A stretch of DNA of 64,000 nucleotides from Arcobacteraceae bacterium (GTDB lineage Bacteria > Campylobacterota > Campylobacteria > Campylobacterales > Arcobacteraceae). Positions 20,701 to 29,430 of this stretch are shown here, one piece after another. The translations under genes were made by a program, and so were the position numbers. The first letter of the stretch is position 1. Each line of letters starts with the position of its first letter. The DNA lies in NCBI GenBank assembly GCA_965224485.1, contig CBDCZH010000010.1, positions 128,001 through 192,000 on the forward strand, read 5' to 3'. The notes under the pieces were generated by a model. The model was not told the origin of the DNA. It ran no database searches and worked only from the letters and a program-made list of their open reading frames with translations.

Positions 20701-21674
20701 TCTTTAATTTGTTTTAAATCTGTATTTTTTTTATTTATAAAATAAGCCATTAAAAATTCTTTAATTGAATCATGAAAAAAACTAAAATCAGTTCCTTCTT
20801 TTTTAAATAAAGAAGAATTAACTAATATGTGTAAGTCATCAATTGTAATTTTCTCATTATTTATAATATATAGTTCATCAGATAATTTACTAAATTTTTT
20901 AGTTGATATGGTAGTTTTTTTATTGAACATCATATAAGCAGCTAAAGAAGAAGCTTTATCTAAAAATTCAGTTCTTAATTTTTTTGGAGGTAATAATTCA
21001 TCTCTTCCTTCACCTTTTACAGATAAATGCTCTTTAATAATATCAATATATATATCCGTATAATTAATAGTTTGAGTCCTATATTTATTATAATTGTCAA
21101 TAATATTTAGAATAACAAGTATATTTTTTAATAAGAAATTTAAATAATTGGTTGAAATAAAATTCCAAAACTCTACAGTATTAATTCCTTTATCCTTTAA
21201 TAAAATATTAATTTGCTTTTTTTCTAAATCTTTTATTTCATAAACTTTTAATGAATTGTCAATTACTTTTAATTTTTTTGAAAAGTGTTCATTCCACTCA
21301 AGTTGTCGACATGTAATTACAAATTTAATTTTTGGATTAATTCTTTTGCATTCCCCAATATAGCTACTTAATTTTTCTTGGAGTTCTTTCATAGTGACTG
21401 AAGAATGATTTCTTAAAGCTTCATCAATAGAGTCCAAAAAAATAATATCAATTTTACTTATATTTATTTCTTTAAGATTTACGGTAACTAAGTCTTGACA
21501 AATAATATTTTCTTTTTCTTCAGAATAAAATTCTAGTTGATGAGTTTTTCCTGATGCAGGTTCACCTAAGATTATAGATATATCATTTTTTAATATGCTA
21601 GGAAAATCGCAACTATCTGTATTATCTATATCTTTATATTTTCTTTTTATAAAATTCTCTATTTTTTTATTCAA
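17709..21674 (-). CDS. Large STAND/NACHT-like P-loop NTPase, probable defence cargo
   Basis: GEPASGKT, IIFLDSIDE, VITCR and FSFFHDSIKEFLMA winged-helix motif; long helical region; C-terminal TM. Confidence 0.7.
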   Translation of the reverse strand: MNKKIENFIKRKYKDIDNTDSCDFPSILKNDISIILGEPASGKTHQLEFYSEEKENIICQDLVTVNLKEINISKIDIIFLDSIDEALRNHSSVTMKELQEKLSSYIGECKRINPKIKFVITCRQLEWNEHFSKKLKVIDNSLKVYEIKDLEKKQINILLKDKGINTVEFWNFISTNYLNFLLKNILVILNIIDNYNKYRTQTINYTDIYIDIIKEHLSVKGEGRDELLPPKKLRTEFLDKASSLAAYMMFNKKTTISTKKFSKLSDELYIINNEKITIDDLHILVNSSLFKKEGTDFSFFHDSIKEFLMAYFINKKNTDLKQIKELFSHEMKFYEAFEEVIVYLTNFKSDFFNDIVKFDPLIFKRHPNLNKEQQEKLLSTMLYNLQHEKSIIYGKWKYFNNNSLLNFKMLKDIHLIVRDKVDINNVDNVLFPYLIKLLNYNYTVELENEIFEILDKYNQLPKNQEKKVFTDEDRISENEIKGNIKTRKLLEYSFVDNYNISTRLYDFIKKNHLLNTNIENISMLNFETKLFESIYGITYTNRYGRKKDVSCNYTDYDFEELLPLLNSIPYRDLKYIVPYLKQEDSLKWFEYIKTKEVNNKISLWAIYGLLLHYNSKEVISLIFDYLSKPKIYLYIVSHDIEDMPFDFERISDNFWEFYFQLDIDNEHRASDLMPLLQPSLKDIKKVSKIYPIKKYVKYYVRLRLNESINKYLMVNNDFEIYMNKLWEKQKEQQKKHENDVQKEVEKYENYQSRKQQKQNKANLCENSLQSLTTKQDFYNVFYCEELYREENEGKIDILFKDDKKSKFFKFILQDFNNDTSYLKLKDDVNSTSMTLNLTPLYILFFKNITTHDLLQYINSSENFEKLFWHVFRYSKMDEAFFINLVENHFDYFIELFIETISLSLEQSKNKKIINFQNFITIIEKLNKFNSQKLYKLIQLILTFDSNVFIIIESYELVNLLNILKLNNSNYDFIQNLMIKDDYSSSEYLTSLLTMDTQNTIDNYMKLYIKEKKYIKKSCYLTIKSFFKKEKNHEHKYNNPLISPKKINLLINLILSIKNTNTNTIEEFNQDFLIIIINDYYEFFKEYEHENGLIKYSAYSNMSSFFNNLWTIFGETSQYINLLKNLSKNNNSKLSDIAKFTLDSAYNQQQKDKIRLNSYYKEIFDKDEKLKKKNNNSKWNDMSMFKKVTIVAALATIIGVAFNFIPSDSPSNNNTGVVLNGNNNGNITISIDNSKTENINITVNKINNLINEYTTSIKDKKAQKRKEIHTKLLILHEAKKINKKRIPIMLKNEECRNKAKLTENALDYEIGIMYKICDDVFK

Positions 21675-21749
21675 TATAAAATCCTTTTATCTTGATGCGA
21701 TTATACACATATTTGTATGAATACTACTTCAATTAATGAAACCTTAAAA

Positions 21750-22065
21750 CGGACTAAATACTATTACTATATATAATATAAATATATAAGTAATAATAAT
21801 ACACAAGTCACGACAAATCAAAAATATTAAAACTAAAAAAGAAACTCCGTGCAATTTTCTTTAGTAGATTTGGGTGATAATAGACACTTTTTTAATTGGA
21901 CTAAATAGCGAATTGTCGTGCAAGTGAGCGATAGCGAACGCAGACTAAGATTAATTAGTGATTTTGGACTATGTTAATAAAAAATGGTGATTATAGACTA
22001 AATAGAATAAAGAAAATAGGAGTAGAGCGATAGCGACTTGAACCACTCGCCCAAAATGCGGATAA
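21750..22065. promoter_or_regulatory. Putative rolling-circle origin region (dso/sso/oriT)
   Basis: GAGCGATAGCGA x2, TAGCGA x3, GACTAAATA x3, GGTGATwATAGAC x2, CACGACAA/TTGTCGTG inverted repeat; directly upstream of the HUH rep. Confidence 0.55.
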
Positions 22066-22176
22066 CAAATAGCTTTCAATAACATAAAGAAAAGAATTAA
22101 GAAATCTTTAAGAATTAAATTTAAATTAAAATTTTATCTAATATAATATCTAATATCAAAACAATAAAGGACTTAA

Positions 22177-24072
22177 ATGAGTAATAATCAATTTATCAAC
22201 AATTCATTAGACAAAGCAATAGAAAATTTAGAAAATAAATACAAAAAACACATGAATAGAGATAATAATATTAATTTACATGATTTAAAGAAAATTATTC
22301 AATTTGAGATTAATAACTTAAATATCAATATATCTGAAAAAACTAATAACTCACTTGTTGATTATTTAAATATCAAAATGTCTGAAAAATATATCGATTA
22401 TAAAAATGTTAATGAACTTGTTAAAGCTTTCGATAAATCATACATAGAACAATCAAAGAACCAATATAAGTATTTCATTGAAAATATCTTAAACGCTAGA
22501 TATAAAGCAGATAACAGAAGATTAATACATATGAATTCTGAAAACATGAAAAAAATACAAGATAATTTTGAAATAGATGAACGAACATTTATCTCAGATA
22601 GATTAGAATCAATAGCACAAGAACCTGATATCGATATTGAAAAATTTCAAGAATTATCAAAAGAACAATTAAACTATACCATTAAAAACGATATAGATTA
22701 TCTTAAAAATAGAGACAGAATAAAAGGTAATAAAATCTATACAAAAGCAAATTATCACGAATACAACAATAAAAATCGCACAGCATTATTTTTAACATTC
22801 ACATTAAATAAAGGTTTCAGAAAATATACCTTAAAAAAAGAATATCAAGATTCTAAACGTAGAAAAGAAGTAAAATGGGGCGATATGAAGTTCTTAGAAC
22901 TAAATAAATATCACAAAAACACACCAATTCTTGAATTACTTGATAAAGGATATAACGAATTAAATGCTAGATTAAAATATTTTAATAATAATATTCAAAA
23001 AGCTATAAGTAGACATAGAGAAAAAAACAATTCTCATGATAAAGATGAAACAATAACTAATATAACTGCTTTTGAATTTGTTAAAGCTGTACAGTTTCAT
23101 ACTCATTTAATTGTTTGGGTAAATGATGATGAAATTAAAATTGTAAAAGAACAATTCGAAAATTTTATGAACCATTACAATATGAATAAATACGAACGTA
23201 AAGCCCAAGATTTAACACAAATAAACCCCGAAAAAGGCTCTGCAACAACATATTTATTAAAATACATACTTAAACAAAATAAGGAAGGTGAAGCACTTGA
23301 TGGTATGTCACAAGATGAAATAGACTTTTATTCAAAATCTTCTAAATTTTTCGGAAAAAAATACAAAATGATTCGAATGTCTAAATTTAAAGAAAATAAA
23401 GAAGGAGAACGCTTAACACAAGACAAAGTTAATAAGATATACAGCTATCTTAAATCAAACTACAATGAGCTTATAGAGATGATTAACGAGCAATCTAAAA
23501 TACCTTTATACATAATATTAGAAAAATTTTACTTTGAAGGTATCTTTGAATTTATTGAAACAAAAAAGAAAAGAAATACAATAGATAAAAAAGCAATGAA
23601 AGAAGATTATCTTGAATTTTTAGCAAATTATAAAGATGATAATAAATCAGATATCTTAGATATGAACTCGACAATTAAAGAACTTAAATCTTCAATTAGA
23701 AGAAGACTTAAACAAAATCCAGAATCTGAAATCATATATGCAGAAAATATAATAAATCGTTTAAAAAATGAAATTAAATCTGCTGAATTTAGTAATCAAA
23801 ATGATAAAGAAAATAAAACTAAACTCCCAATTATCAGAAATTTAAAGAAATATGTTTCAGAAGAAGAATTCAAAGTAATAACATCTGCAACATTTATAAA
23901 AGATGAAAAAAAGATAAATAAAATATTATCTGACTTCAATATTAATTATGAAATAGACCTTTATTTAGAGTTAGACCCAAGTACAAAAGATAATTTCTTT
24001 TACGAAGATATGTTAATAATGAACTATGAACCAATTAATCACGCAATGTATACCCTTTTAACAGCTTTATAA
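22177..24072 (+). CDS. HUH rolling-circle replication initiator/relaxase (two-Tyr, phiX174 A/P2 A-like)
   Basis: Motif I FLTFTL, motif II FHTHLIV, motif III YLLKYILK. Confidence 0.8.
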   Translation: MSNNQFINNSLDKAIENLENKYKKHMNRDNNINLHDLKKIIQFEINNLNINISEKTNNSLVDYLNIKMSEKYIDYKNVNELVKAFDKSYIEQSKNQYKYFIENILNARYKADNRRLIHMNSENMKKIQDNFEIDERTFISDRLESIAQEPDIDIEKFQELSKEQLNYTIKNDIDYLKNRDRIKGNKIYTKANYHEYNNKNRTALFLTFTLNKGFRKYTLKKEYQDSKRRKEVKWGDMKFLELNKYHKNTPILELLDKGYNELNARLKYFNNNIQKAISRHREKNNSHDKDETITNITAFEFVKAVQFHTHLIVWVNDDEIKIVKEQFENFMNHYNMNKYERKAQDLTQINPEKGSATTYLLKYILKQNKEGEALDGMSQDEIDFYSKSSKFFGKKYKMIRMSKFKENKEGERLTQDKVNKIYSYLKSNYNELIEMINEQSKIPLYIILEKFYFEGIFEFIETKKKRNTIDKKAMKEDYLEFLANYKDDNKSDILDMNSTIKELKSSIRRRLKQNPESEIIYAENIINRLKNEIKSAEFSNQNDKENKTKLPIIRNLKKYVSEEEFKVITSATFIKDEKKINKILSDFNINYEIDLYLELDPSTKDNFFYEDMLIMNYEPINHAMYTLLTAL

Positions 24073-24140
24073 TACTTATTAGTAGTATATAAGTTCTTTA
24101 AAAAGTATTTTGGATAAAATATCATAATAAAGTAACTAGG

Positions 24141-24881
24141 ATGTTTATGTCTAAAAGAGAAAAAAAAATTAATAAAACTTTGTTGAGAATTGAGGCTTAT
24201 TTAAAAAATGAAACGAATAATAATGACAAAGTACTTGCCAAAAAAAAATTATTAGAGGATGAATTATTCAATGCAAAAGAATCTGAAACTCACGGAGCTT
24301 TTGTAGGAGGATGGTTAAATACTACATTAGAAAAAGATAAATCAATTTTAACATTATCTGCCGCAGGAATTGGAGTATTAGTTACATTTTCAAATTCAAT
24401 AAATACTAATGATTTAGTTTTATTCTTTAATTATATATTTGCATTGATGTTTTTTGTTATTGCGGTTATAACATCAATATATATATTTGGGATTAATGCA
24501 AAATATTTAATGAAGGTTATTCATAAAAAACCTACAAAAAGTATAGTTTGCTATGATTACTTACTATCATTTAGTTTTATCATGGGATTACTATTAACTA
24601 TTTCTCTTGCATTTTTGTTAATTTCCGAAAATACAAATACAAATACAAATACTATAAATATAAAGAATTTAGAAAGTAAATATATTGAGCTTTTAAAAAG
24701 AAAGATAAATAAAATTGAAAGGAGTAATGAAGTGAAAGAAAAGTCTAATGAAAGTAACTTGCGAAGTAAAGCACAAAAAGAAACTTACAAAAGTAGTGTA
24801 CCAATTAAAATGCAAGATAGAACCCATAACGATGCAGGGGGATTATTTCCTCCAAAAGATAAAGATAAAAAAGGAAAATAA
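24141..24881 (+). CDS. Membrane protein (about 3 TM) with C-terminal THNDAGGLFP motif
   Basis: DKSILTLSAAGIGVL-type hydrophobic helices. Confidence 0.65.
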   Translation: MFMSKREKKINKTLLRIEAYLKNETNNNDKVLAKKKLLEDELFNAKESETHGAFVGGWLNTTLEKDKSILTLSAAGIGVLVTFSNSINTNDLVLFFNYIFALMFFVIAVITSIYIFGINAKYLMKVIHKKPTKSIVCYDYLLSFSFIMGLLLTISLAFLLISENTNTNTNTINIKNLESKYIELLKRKINKIERSNEVKEKSNESNLRSKAQKETYKSSVPIKMQDRTHNDAGGLFPPKDKDKKGK

Positions 24882-25019
24882 ATGACCGAAAATGAGAGAG
24901 AAGAGATAATTAATGACAACCCAACAATAACTGATGATGGTGATGACAAAATAATAGAAACCCATGACGATGCAGGGGGATTATTTCCTGTAAAAGATGA
25001 TTCACCAGATGATGATTGA
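24882..25019 (+). CDS. 45-aa acidic peptide carrying THDDAGGLFP
   Basis: AAGGA RBS, ATG right after the upstream TAA; MTENEREEIINDNPTITDDGDDKIIETHDDAGGLFPVKDDSPDDD. Confidence 0.6.
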   Translation: MTENEREEIINDNPTITDDGDDKIIETHDDAGGLFPVKDDSPDDD

Positions 25020-25293
25020 AAAATAAAGAGAAGCCTAAAAACTTCTCTATTCACCTAAAGTCATAAATATACTTAAAAAGAGAACATTTATTTAAAGATT
25101 AACAAAAAGTAAATATTATATTCGCTCATCAAATTTAATAAAAATCCTCAAAAAATCTAATATCAGTAGTTTACTTTTACCCTTAAATATTCTATCAATC
25201 CTTCCCTAATGTCTTTTGGAAAAGAATTCTTAAAATTAACTTAATTTATTTTTGAAACTATTATAATGATAGAAACAAAATAAAAGGCATACA

Positions 25294-25761
25294 ATGAAAA
25301 AAAATTTATTAATTACAGCACTATTTGCAATTACATCAATGACATTAAACTTATCCGCAAATGATAAATTTGAAACAATATACGTTAAAAATCAAGATTT
25401 AACGCAATACCTATACGAAATTAATAAAGGTGGTTCAATTAAACATTATCTTTTATCAAAACAAGAATTTGAAAAATTAAATGATTTAAAAAATTCTACA
25501 TATAGTGAAAGAGAACTTGAAAGAAAAAGAGCTATTGATTCAAACTTAGAACGTAAAATCAAAGTTCTATATGATATAAAAAACGCATTTCTTGGAGATG
25601 TCAAAGAAACTAATAAACTTTTAGAAATAATAAAAATTTTAAAAATTAAACAAAAACAAAATCGTAATGATATGACTATGATTTATAATAAAATTCCAAA
25701 TAATCTAACTTCAAAAATTGGAGTAGGACAAATAATAAGAGAAAATCATGAAAGAAACTAA
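25294..25761 (+). CDS. Exported hypothetical protein
   Basis: Sec signal peptide MKKNLLITALFAITSMTLNLSA. Confidence 0.6.
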   Translation: MKKNLLITALFAITSMTLNLSANDKFETIYVKNQDLTQYLYEINKGGSIKHYLLSKQEFEKLNDLKNSTYSERELERKRAIDSNLERKIKVLYDIKNAFLGDVKETNKLLEIIKILKIKQKQNRNDMTMIYNKIPNNLTSKIGVGQIIRENHERN

Positions 25762-26032
25762 AGCATTAAAAACTAAATTAATTAATAGATTGATACAAAT
25801 ATCAAACTATCCTTTAAAAAATGGTGTTAGAAACGAAGATAATAAATCATATAAAGATTATGATTTAAAAACAAAAACAGATTTATTAAATTTAACAGTA
25901 AAAGAAATTAATGAATATAAAATTGTAGGATATTCAAGTACAGCGTATCAAGAACATTTTAAAATTTATATTCACAGAAAAAAAATTAATATATTTCCAA
26001 CAATTTTACATTTAATAAAAAGAAAGAATTAG
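25748..26032 (+). CDS. Hypothetical protein, paralog of 26812-27132
   Basis: Shares YK..LKT.TDL..L..KEI..YK...YSS..Y.....IYIH with 26812-27132. Confidence 0.65.
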   Translation: MKETKALKTKLINRLIQISNYPLKNGVRNEDNKSYKDYDLKTKTDLLNLTVKEINEYKIVGYSSTAYQEHFKIYIHRKKINIFPTILHLIKRKN

Positions 26033-26034
26033 TT

Positions 26035-26223
26035 ATGACAAGAGAAATTATAGAAGATATAGTATATTCAACGATAATAGAAGAGTTTAATATTAATGAA
26101 GAAGAAATAGATGAATTTATTGATTTATTTGATGAAAATGAATATCACTCATTAACTGAAAATCAAATAATATTAGAAACAGAAAGTTATTTCGATGAAT
26201 TATATTCAAAGAATTACATTTAA
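26035..26223 (+). CDS. Small highly acidic protein
   Basis: 62 aa, very D/E-rich with aromatic residues. Confidence 0.55.
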   Translation: MTREIIEDIVYSTIIEEFNINEEEIDEFIDLFDENEYHSLTENQIILETESYFDELYSKNYI

Positions 26224-26569
26224 TAAAAAAGTGAAGCCTAAAAAACTTCTCACTCACTTAAAACTAAATAAAAAATCACAAACAAACTTAAAAACAGATA
26301 AAGAAATAGACATATTCACAAATTTAGCTTATGCATTCAAAAATTTAAGTTTATATTAAGATTAAATATGTAATTATATCCTTATCAAAAAATTATTTTT
26401 GATAATCGTTTCAACTTATCCTAATAACATTAAAAACAACCTCTCACCTCGACATTAATTTTTAGAGGATTCAAGTTCCATGTAGTTATTCAAGACACAG
26501 TTACAATAAACATAATATATATATGATTTAAGCTAACTCTGTTAACCAATACTCACAAGGTACACTCAC

Positions 26570-26809
26570 ATGAAAAAAATTCAAATAACAACAAATGAAA
26601 TCGTTTTAAAAGAAGAACTATATACATATGAAATTGAACTTACAGAAAATCAATTTACTGAACTTACAGAACTTCAAATAATTAATCCTTACGCAATATA
26701 TACATTCTTTCATAAAAACAACATACAAGAAAAACTAATAAAAAAAGAAGATTCTACTACGCTAGAAATCTATTCTGATAAAACTACTTTTGAAATTAAA
26801 GGAGCTTAA
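26570..26809 (+). CDS. Hypothetical protein
   Basis: AAGG RBS; translationally coupled to the next ORF. Confidence 0.55.
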   Translation: MKKIQITTNEIVLKEELYTYEIELTENQFTELTELQIINPYAIYTFFHKNNIQEKLIKKEDSTTLEIYSDKTTFEIKGA

Positions 26810-26811
26810 TT

Positions 26812-27132
26812 ATGGATAGAATTTCATTAATAGAATCACTTAAAACTATATCAGAAATAAGAGTTCGTAATTACGCTAGAGGTGGTAAGAAAAATTATAA
26901 ATCTTTAGGATTAAAAACTCAAACAGATTTAATAAAACTATCTAACAAAGAAATCAGAAATTATAAAAGATGTGCTTATTCATCAAATAGTTATCATAAA
27001 AGATATGACATATATATTCATGAAAAAAATATATCATTAATATTAAAAACACATTTAATAAAACAAATCACATTAGATAACACTTGGCAAAAAATTGAAG
27101 ATTCATCCACTCTTGAAAAGAAAGGGGCTTAA
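26812..27132 (+). CDS. Hypothetical protein, paralog of 25748-26032
   Basis: Shared motifs with 25748-26032; GGAG RBS. Confidence 0.65.
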   Translation: MDRISLIESLKTISEIRVRNYARGGKKNYKSLGLKTQTDLIKLSNKEIRNYKRCAYSSNSYHKRYDIYIHEKNISLILKTHLIKQITLDNTWQKIEDSSTLEKKGA

Positions 27133-27134
27133 TT

Positions 27135-27464
27135 ATGAAAAAAGTTCAAGATAAAAAATTTTTAAAATTTGTAAAAAATACAATCGATGATTTAATTAAA
27201 ACTCTTCCTTTAACAAACGAAATGATTATGTATTTAAAAGAAATTTATAATGAAAAAGAATTAACAATTATAAATGTTCAAAGCTTATATATTATTATTG
27301 AAACTAGAAAAGAAAATATGGAATATATAAAATCAATCCAAGATTTAGGAACTTTTAAAATTATCAATAAAGAACATAAATATATGGAGTCATTTATAAA
27401 TAAATATTTTAAGTATGAAAAATTATTATCAGGTTTAGAAACAATAAGTATTAAGGATATATGA
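27135..27464 (+). CDS. Hypothetical protein
   Basis: Coupled ORF in the operon. Confidence 0.55.
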   Translation: MKKVQDKKFLKFVKNTIDDLIKTLPLTNEMIMYLKEIYNEKELTIINVQSLYIIIETRKENMEYIKSIQDLGTFKIINKEHKYMESFINKYFKYEKLLSGLETISIKDI

Positions 27465-27964
27465 TGAATACAAACGATAGAAATAGTTATCAAGACATAA
27501 ACGAATTAGTAGAAATTATTTATAATGATAAGTATAATCACTATTTAATTAATAAAACAATATTTAAAGTTTTAGAAGTTTTAAAAAAAGAATTTAAAAA
27601 TAAAAAAATAAATCAATATAAAAAAATAAATTCTTTGTTAAAAATGTTTGAAACGAAAGAAATCAGAATGGGTTATTATAAAGAAGATTATAAAAATAGT
27701 TTTTACAATAGTTATATTGTTTTTTTTGTAAATGGCACAGAAAAAAAATTTTATTTTAAAGAAAGTTTTGAAGAAGAAAAGATTATAAATAATTCAGAAG
27801 AACTTAATAAAGAAGAAATTTTAAATCATTTAAAAAATAAAATTGAATTATTTAAAGAACTTGAAAAAATAGAAGAAAAATGTGATTTTTTAAAAGATAG
27901 TTATTATTATTGTTATCAAGAATTTTTTAATATAAATTACAAAGGTAAGTTATTAAGAATGTAA
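27461..27964 (+). CDS. Hypothetical protein
   Basis: ATGA overlap; AAGGA RBS. Confidence 0.55.
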   Translation: MMNTNDRNSYQDINELVEIIYNDKYNHYLINKTIFKVLEVLKKEFKNKKINQYKKINSLLKMFETKEIRMGYYKEDYKNSFYNSYIVFFVNGTEKKFYFKESFEEEKIINNSEELNKEEILNHLKNKIELFKELEKIEEKCDFLKDSYYYCYQEFFNINYKGKLLRM

Positions 27965-28378
27965 AAAATCAACACGTTAACAATATTAAAAAACCATGCA
28001 AAATTAAAAGAAGAAGAGAAATTAAAACCTCTCTTTTGTAATATAGACACCCCTTAAACCCCTCAAAATATTTCAATCATTCATTTACTCATTAAATCAT
28101 AAAAACGCTATATAAGACAAATTTATAAAACTTTTAAAAAGTTGTAATTTTTTAGCACTAAAATCAAAAAAACAACAAAAACAACAAAAATTTAAATATC
28201 TTTCAAATATAAATATTTCAACAAACCCCACAACATAGGTATTTAATAATAAATAAAAAAGAATTTAAGAATTCTTTAAGAAAAATAAATTAATTTAAAA
28301 TAAAAACATTATAAATAGAGATAAGAAAGTTAACAACTTAACTTTTAAAACTAAAAATTAAAACTTAAAGGGTCAAAT

Positions 28379-29044
28379 ATGATTGAAAATAAAACAGAAA
28401 ACAAAACAGTAGAAACGATAGAAAAGAAAGATGAAGGATTTACTTCTTTTTATGATGTGAAAATGCAAGGTATCTTAACAGATTATGAAATTAAAGAAGA
28501 TGAATCAGTTCAATTGTTATTTAATGAAAAAGTTCAATTAGAAGATAACATGGGAATGAAATTTGTTCAACATTCAGTTAGATTAAGAATGAGTAGACAA
28601 ATTCTAAAATCAGAGTTAGAGTCATTGTTAAATACAACAATTGAAGTTAATGATGTTACTGAAATGCATTCTTATAAGAAAATTGAAGAAGGTGTATACG
28701 ACTTTTCTAAAATTGAAAAAACAACTTTCTCTGCAACAACTTTCAAAAAAATTACAGATAAAGTCGAAGGTGATTTTAAATTATTTAGAATGTTTGAAAT
28801 AGCAAAAATTGCAAATGTAGCACCCTTAACTGATTGGAATCAAAAAACAAGAAAAAACACAGTTAAAAAAGGTGAATGTTTAGTTCAATATTACGTTAAA
28901 AATGGGAATAAAAACACATTACATAATATCAAAGTTATAAGCTTAGATTATAAAAATGGTTTATCACTTGTAGGTAAAAAAATCAAAGTTCTTGATTATA
29001 GAGAAGGTAAAACTCCATCTTGTACAAGAATAGAAAGATTATAA
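28379..29044 (+). CDS. Beta-rich protein, possible tandem OB-fold ssDNA-binding protein
   Basis: Two beta-rich halves ending LLNTTIEV / LVGKKIKV; element context with an RCR Rep. Confidence 0.4.
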   Translation: MIENKTENKTVETIEKKDEGFTSFYDVKMQGILTDYEIKEDESVQLLFNEKVQLEDNMGMKFVQHSVRLRMSRQILKSELESLLNTTIEVNDVTEMHSYKKIEEGVYDFSKIEKTTFSATTFKKITDKVEGDFKLFRMFEIAKIANVAPLTDWNQKTRKNTVKKGECLVQYYVKNGNKNTLHNIKVISLDYKNGLSLVGKKIKVLDYREGKTPSCTRIERL

Positions 29045-29068
29045 GGGCTAATCCCCCTTATTTAAATC

Positions 29069-29251
29069 ATGAAAATTATAATGAACATCTCAGAAGTAGA
29101 TTACGAACAAATAGAAATATTATTATCTTACAGTCCATATTCAACAATAGAAGAATTTTTAATAGATTCTTTAAATTCACTCTCAAATTATACAAACTTT
29201 CAAGAATCAAATAATCTAAGAATTATAGAAATCAAAAAGGAGAAATTATGA
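29069..29251 (+). CDS. Small RHH-like protein
   Basis: MKIIMNISEVDYEQI...STIEEFL beta-alpha-alpha pattern. Confidence 0.45.
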   Translation: MKIIMNISEVDYEQIEILLSYSPYSTIEEFLIDSLNSLSNYTNFQESNNLRIIEIKKEKL

Positions 29252-29415
29252 AAAGTAAAAAAGAAAAACAAGAAAAAAAATCAGTACGTATTCACATGAA
29301 TGTAACTCCAAGTGAAGCTAAATTAATTGACTCACGTAATTTCGAAAACTTACCTTCTCAAATGTTCGCTAAACAATGTTTATCAAAATATTTAAATATA
29401 GAATTATCAATATAA
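29248..29415 (+). CDS. 55-aa RHH-like protein (not in ORF track)
   Basis: AAGGAG RBS, ATGA overlap; KSVRIHMNVTPSEAKLID..SQMFAKQCL. Confidence 0.55.
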   Translation: MKSKKEKQEKKSVRIHMNVTPSEAKLIDSRNFENLPSQMFAKQCLSKYLNIELSI

Positions 29416-29430
29416 AAACAAAGGACTAAT

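Noticed and set aside
17615..21757. TTAGTCCGT/ACGGACTAA inverted 9-mers flanking the STAND gene as transposon ends
   Set aside because: Too short, no transposase or target duplication; the right copy is better explained as one of the origin iterons
24785..25054. 89-aa minus-strand ORF with repeated GNNPPAS.WV
   Set aside because: Antisense shadow of the THxDAGGLFP duplication; the plus-strand ORFs have an RBS and operon context
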